A DNA stretch of 36,684 nucleotides, taken from a virus (taxonomy: Duplodnaviria > Heunggongvirae > Uroviricota > Caudoviricetes > Crassvirales). A model generated the notes under the pieces. It ran no database searches, was not told the DNA's origin, and worked only from the letters and a program-made list of their open reading frames with translations. How positions within the stretch are numbered: position 1 is the first letter of the stretch; every line of letters begins with the position of its first letter. The translations under genes were made by a program, and so were the position numbers. Location: IMG/VR virus record IMGVR_UViG_3300023112_000001. One strand, 5' to 3'. This document shows, piece by piece, positions 36,301-36,684 of the stretch.

Positions 36301-36684
36301 GAATAAAATTGGTAAAGCTGATAGAGGTCTAGATCCTATTAGTTTAATGAGCATGGATAGAATGCATAAGGATAATATGACTGGTAAATCTATGGTTGGT
36401 ATTGCCGCTAACGAAAATGCGTTCCATGCGATTGCTCAACATGCTGATTTATCTTTAAGTAAATCTGTTAATTTTGATAAGAGTAATTTAACTTCATTAA
36501 GTAATACTGAGGCTGCAGCTTATTTTGATTTAGAAAGCTTAAGTTTTAATAACAAAATAAAGCAAAGAATATCTAAAAATAAAGCTTATTACTTAGCAGC
36601 TATTGTTGATAATGCTAAAGATCCAGTTGCTAGTTATATTAACTACAATTCGTATACTTCTGGTATAGTAGGATTACTTACTCA
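27308..36684 (+). CDS. Giant virion-packaged RNA polymerase polyprotein (double-psi beta-barrel type) with zincin-like domains; >3125 aa, 3'-truncated
   Basis: ATG at 27308 (MGETNNLDLDALY...). The frame has no stop in the regions I translated and none is reported by the ORF track. In-frame motifs: HEYQH (31661), HEAFH (32096), DPAFYK, TDAQAY, PLKPF, GTQIRKLI, GYRIPTEDKYSM (35954), GSDFDVDKMY (D at 36077), VDNAKDP. Confidence 0.92.
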   Translation, partial: MGETNNLDLDALYNQVESSAPQENSASPEMDLDSLYEASSAENTYTGGKVSGFDYDHARRLVKGSIDPINNNLEKIYAQNQSGIEQFGAAVNQAVVGEVLGGTIEGIGHLVNIDDTLNLMKEGELGTGNTIANVGQSLKEWTKEATPIHQNYEPGQFRPDKWSWWMTNAPSVASTLSLMLPAGAVTKGLSYLGKGSKLASQFSKTGKLIAKGTTQAVVSRQMENMMESAGTYESTLSSLMSQGVSHNKAVELAGAAAADNYKANWAMLAQDILQYTTLTKPFGKATSDLSVKAAKKLGKDVTPVITNKLASIGSDMVGEAAEEGYQYIAGERAREMAEYKAGLRSKRGLGEAVGDYMGDGDFWTGAFFGALGAGFMQTAGKGLNLAKERVRDIENADTKRMRDIDSWGQSIQGLGNLDATGEAMGTPSFNAKNRQLAQFGNKLAQNGNLGWFLETADNFQNMSEEDQQMFGFTQEELKASKEQFPTLKQDLQKIGDIYEGVVNNKTLSPMAVDMLVQEQFIADKTLEQYNKENGKYSSDVNNITGLSNLNVPSSTKDLIIKEKLELNNLLKVRKDLKSNNASSEVISEYDSRIKELREEIKEDKKNLSTFAEHKYKTFNNRATDFQAASSSFRKKEFLSAEHKSAMEAVDYFSNPENTTELNKKVAETQKEHAQEASDNATTAQEVNNIQEEAANIPTPETLAEDSDEVAQGGAPIDLTNMGKKSKDPKDLLSVQETFEGEGQPEIAPTASAVDLTSFNKKKAKQQAEEATTDLESKGKTEYKDIVDAVENKYSGKPHLLNEDINKILNYVKKGVIKDFSKEEVIELISDLKTIEINLNSRNEEVLKNVLVDLYLGGDIQRKLYDKLMDIVNSDAKEASTNKSIQATQSSMDSSVTTSVGTNEEKSGISISEINKETGQRRIKDNSVPNFAATNEVRYTDKKTGKEVYVSTKKLGIDQEALNNGKVKIGDKITFRINKEDSFDKKNRSNSQIRGFDMVSNGIIVGKVPSEFSVKSEVEKQYIRDLREVLQAQIESKYDKSKKYVEADFASKVAGALYDYTKSESTGTPSEVISKKDQVGLKSVGGFALDFIELKGDEYYLSGKSGLDNLNINIEEKFTQKGSSKIDGGLILTVPHPIEPNEHLFLRGFLNSLSQIEKNNPDLYNGITSGVIDLFNKHVSNKSKRSETKDSIKEIILRDFEVKGDNIVLSRRDNSTLVLPIDRLTENPEFLNWLGDSKIRIDKNKLNQESERHIIGNYESPLMPYNSIISDMISMTTIEGQYLNNVRILAERSDLTSQPKPEIKPVSSDTNIKERNPLELTEDPSSIEKKVEEKPVNNPVSQSSTPIKKKERKSNIDSKKIKAVGNYRGLPVKESNNIITGEGTKGAAKYDRVNNEILVDRSVLKKLFDVKKWTNPRDLVEKIHGEKIVSKVVALPENQFKTYEEFEKFVIEHEYQHSLLSRKEFNDKIAWKTTKGDYETEINNLALKELYGKKESKPSKKTFNTIETKTKLDNSQALKDQIRNNKNNTRYRSISDIGGDNWNKSEEMSWMKKNFPNVPVSVLGNLQEVVANGRESWGVFHNAAIYVAENAASGTLYHEAFHALFHLFNNQNQREALLKEASSRYSINKSKYDSVEDYNIALEEAMANEFMEYIVLDEAPKSLLKKVGESISNFFKKIQSVIKSLYSNPTYSIDELFWRGNNGFYNKSTIDPGSFSDPVSRYRVKDWSNRQEKQAIAAVNGHMVTQTIPSIRKANTQYSNLSDTDIINEVGLEDVYLNTYNDFVRTYNTDENLTQEEKDNIAELLVNLYEDGEFKDLYNGLLRGLEFYDIKIDFKSYKAEDVGRFDAEDAQQDDLRESDEKAQDKLESVSDSATERSTKDNALGEIKVFIRNMKIPGSKNIFGLNALVDYQETYDTLLKNLAGTTHIEDMMDMLNQDVVFHPEYQQILDMFEVTPEFKTKFFNAFNKNHTKYNIVSYINGNWAVYQANRKGLSNTIISQWTESILNNKNVISINSKGETIVNPEVKKIVEDIRENITNTIENWSSDKDVEYYKPLSESISKLGIAIDPKVLYYLGSTNNKKVNGKGALNQFFNTTGKFHYILDKFYDLKNPFDAEGGLSTGESEAIKTAANIVAKASPDLYESSFRNLGGKTVYAHLEQNFLTKLTHKLQNPNRRNDILDNYKKDQFFYTVDVNGEKVFTNRILKGLQSGKSVFDIMVTEGITDDQGNKTAYQKLDSIGLSLYSVHNYFNNNNKTEAWYRGPVLSDAPNGVVFKHLKSKRSDVLNSLVDLAGSEYNRIKSVKKQMQSLDKSEHIKNYHTKENSSTDTGYHIVSGMRGNSFDPNKERSKTSKVIEKWLLDQANTYFNFMKNEGVLDRLDDRLKKKYSTEESLRGFIQDFYINDFAARAEFSLMTTADPAFYKAFDPKSNNKTVDFVKRAKEIYSPKSILDIEASFKDSDTGETIKVGGSYRTVYLKDNEIQAPSFKEIEKAINKVKSISSQKKKEILASYGEVNQTDAQAYVTLPFYRKTMIGMGSWTQAHQEAYKRLEKGLGTGSDIALMMQPLKPFAYGQIYADKIGRLVPVQNKNSEYLLLPQMVKGNEKLENLYNYLIDNKIDSANFDSAVKAGLSKVIDPNALPEFNKDQVHVLNMEDRGIQQEVPEHFVDSNNLFGTQIRKLIMSDLFEGTTYFNGKSAKELRQMYEDILIADIEEAFDETAKEFRDKNGNIKYKEVYDLLLDESRKRGKGEEFEKAIQYDEKNDRLKLPLYNPITSRSAQNLITSVFKTRITKQKIAGGAFVQLSGYGLSKELKLVFDTEENRIAYEESGKGIDKSTQLQPKAKGLQYAEVMLPAWSKSFFKDFMNESGDVDFEAIKNKVPEALEMIGYRIPTEDKYSMLPMKVIGFLPYTAGGAIMLPAEITKISGSDFDVDKMYVMMKSFNDKLEIHKYDDEKSAKENSKKARDNRKIDLMMSVLRNPETLEAIMSGGTFKPLQDIAEITLNKIGKADRGLDPISLMSMDRMHKDNMTGKSMVGIAANENAFHAIAQHADLSLSKSVNFDKSNLTSLSNTEAAAYFDLESLSFNNKIKQRISKNKAYYLAAIVDNAKDPVASYINYNSYTSGIVGLLT

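Noticed and set aside
3216-36354. Minus-strand ORFs of 61-136 aa, and nested plus-strand ORFs 12020..12247 and 26986..27171
   Set aside because: All lie within long, motif-bearing plus-strand genes, show no recognisable motifs, and are typical shadow ORFs.
1-36684. Stop-codon reassignment (TAG=Gln or TGA=Trp), known in some crAss-like phages
   Set aside because: Long genes are intact under the standard code. Of 24 gene ends, 22 are TAA, one is TGA (16836, ATGA overlap) and one is TAG (23337, followed shortly by an in-frame TAA). The only in-frame split is at TAA.
27308-36684. Group I intron, intein or homing endonuclease in the RNAP gene, common in crAss-like phages
   Set aside because: The frame is continuous, and I saw no LAGLIDADG, HNH or GIY-YIG motif or intein C...HN boundaries in the segments translated.
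1-36684. CRISPR array, tRNA/rRNA genes, integrase, transposase or DGR elements
   Set aside because: Intergenic gaps are nearly all under 60 nt (largest 148 nt, holding the terminator and P1). No regular DNA repeat-spacer pattern, reverse transcriptase or recombinase motif was seen.

Overview
The window is a gene-dense, entirely + strand segment of a crAss-like (Crassvirales-type) bacteriophage, probably infecting a Bacteroidota host. It covers the virion-structure, lysis and injected-cargo module. In order it contains: the tail end of a ring-type gene and a probable auxiliary capsid gene; an intrinsic terminator; a ~12 kb accessory block (1664-13570) of lectin, tailspike and fibre genes ending in two holin-like genes; then the conserved core of tail hub, fibre, spanin-like, ring, HU/IHF-like, ring, 1474-aa muzzle/tail-stabilisation and cargo genes. 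It ends in a giant virion RNA polymerase polyprotein (27308 to beyond the window end, >3125 aa) that the ORF track omits because it has no stop codon here. The main observations are: (1) two adjacent fibre/tailspike-like genes carry classic Bacteroidota Sec signal peptides and sit just upstream of the holins; (2) three TTTG-N20-TAnnTTT(G/A) promoter-like sites occur, two of them 28/35 identical and bracketing the accessory block; (3) the cargo-1-like gene is split in frame by a single TAA; (4) the RNAP polyprotein has two separate HExxH zincin-like motifs; (5) carbohydrate-binding modules are inserted inside the muzzle protein. Family assignments come from motif recognition and synteny recalled from known crAss-like phages; no database search was run.
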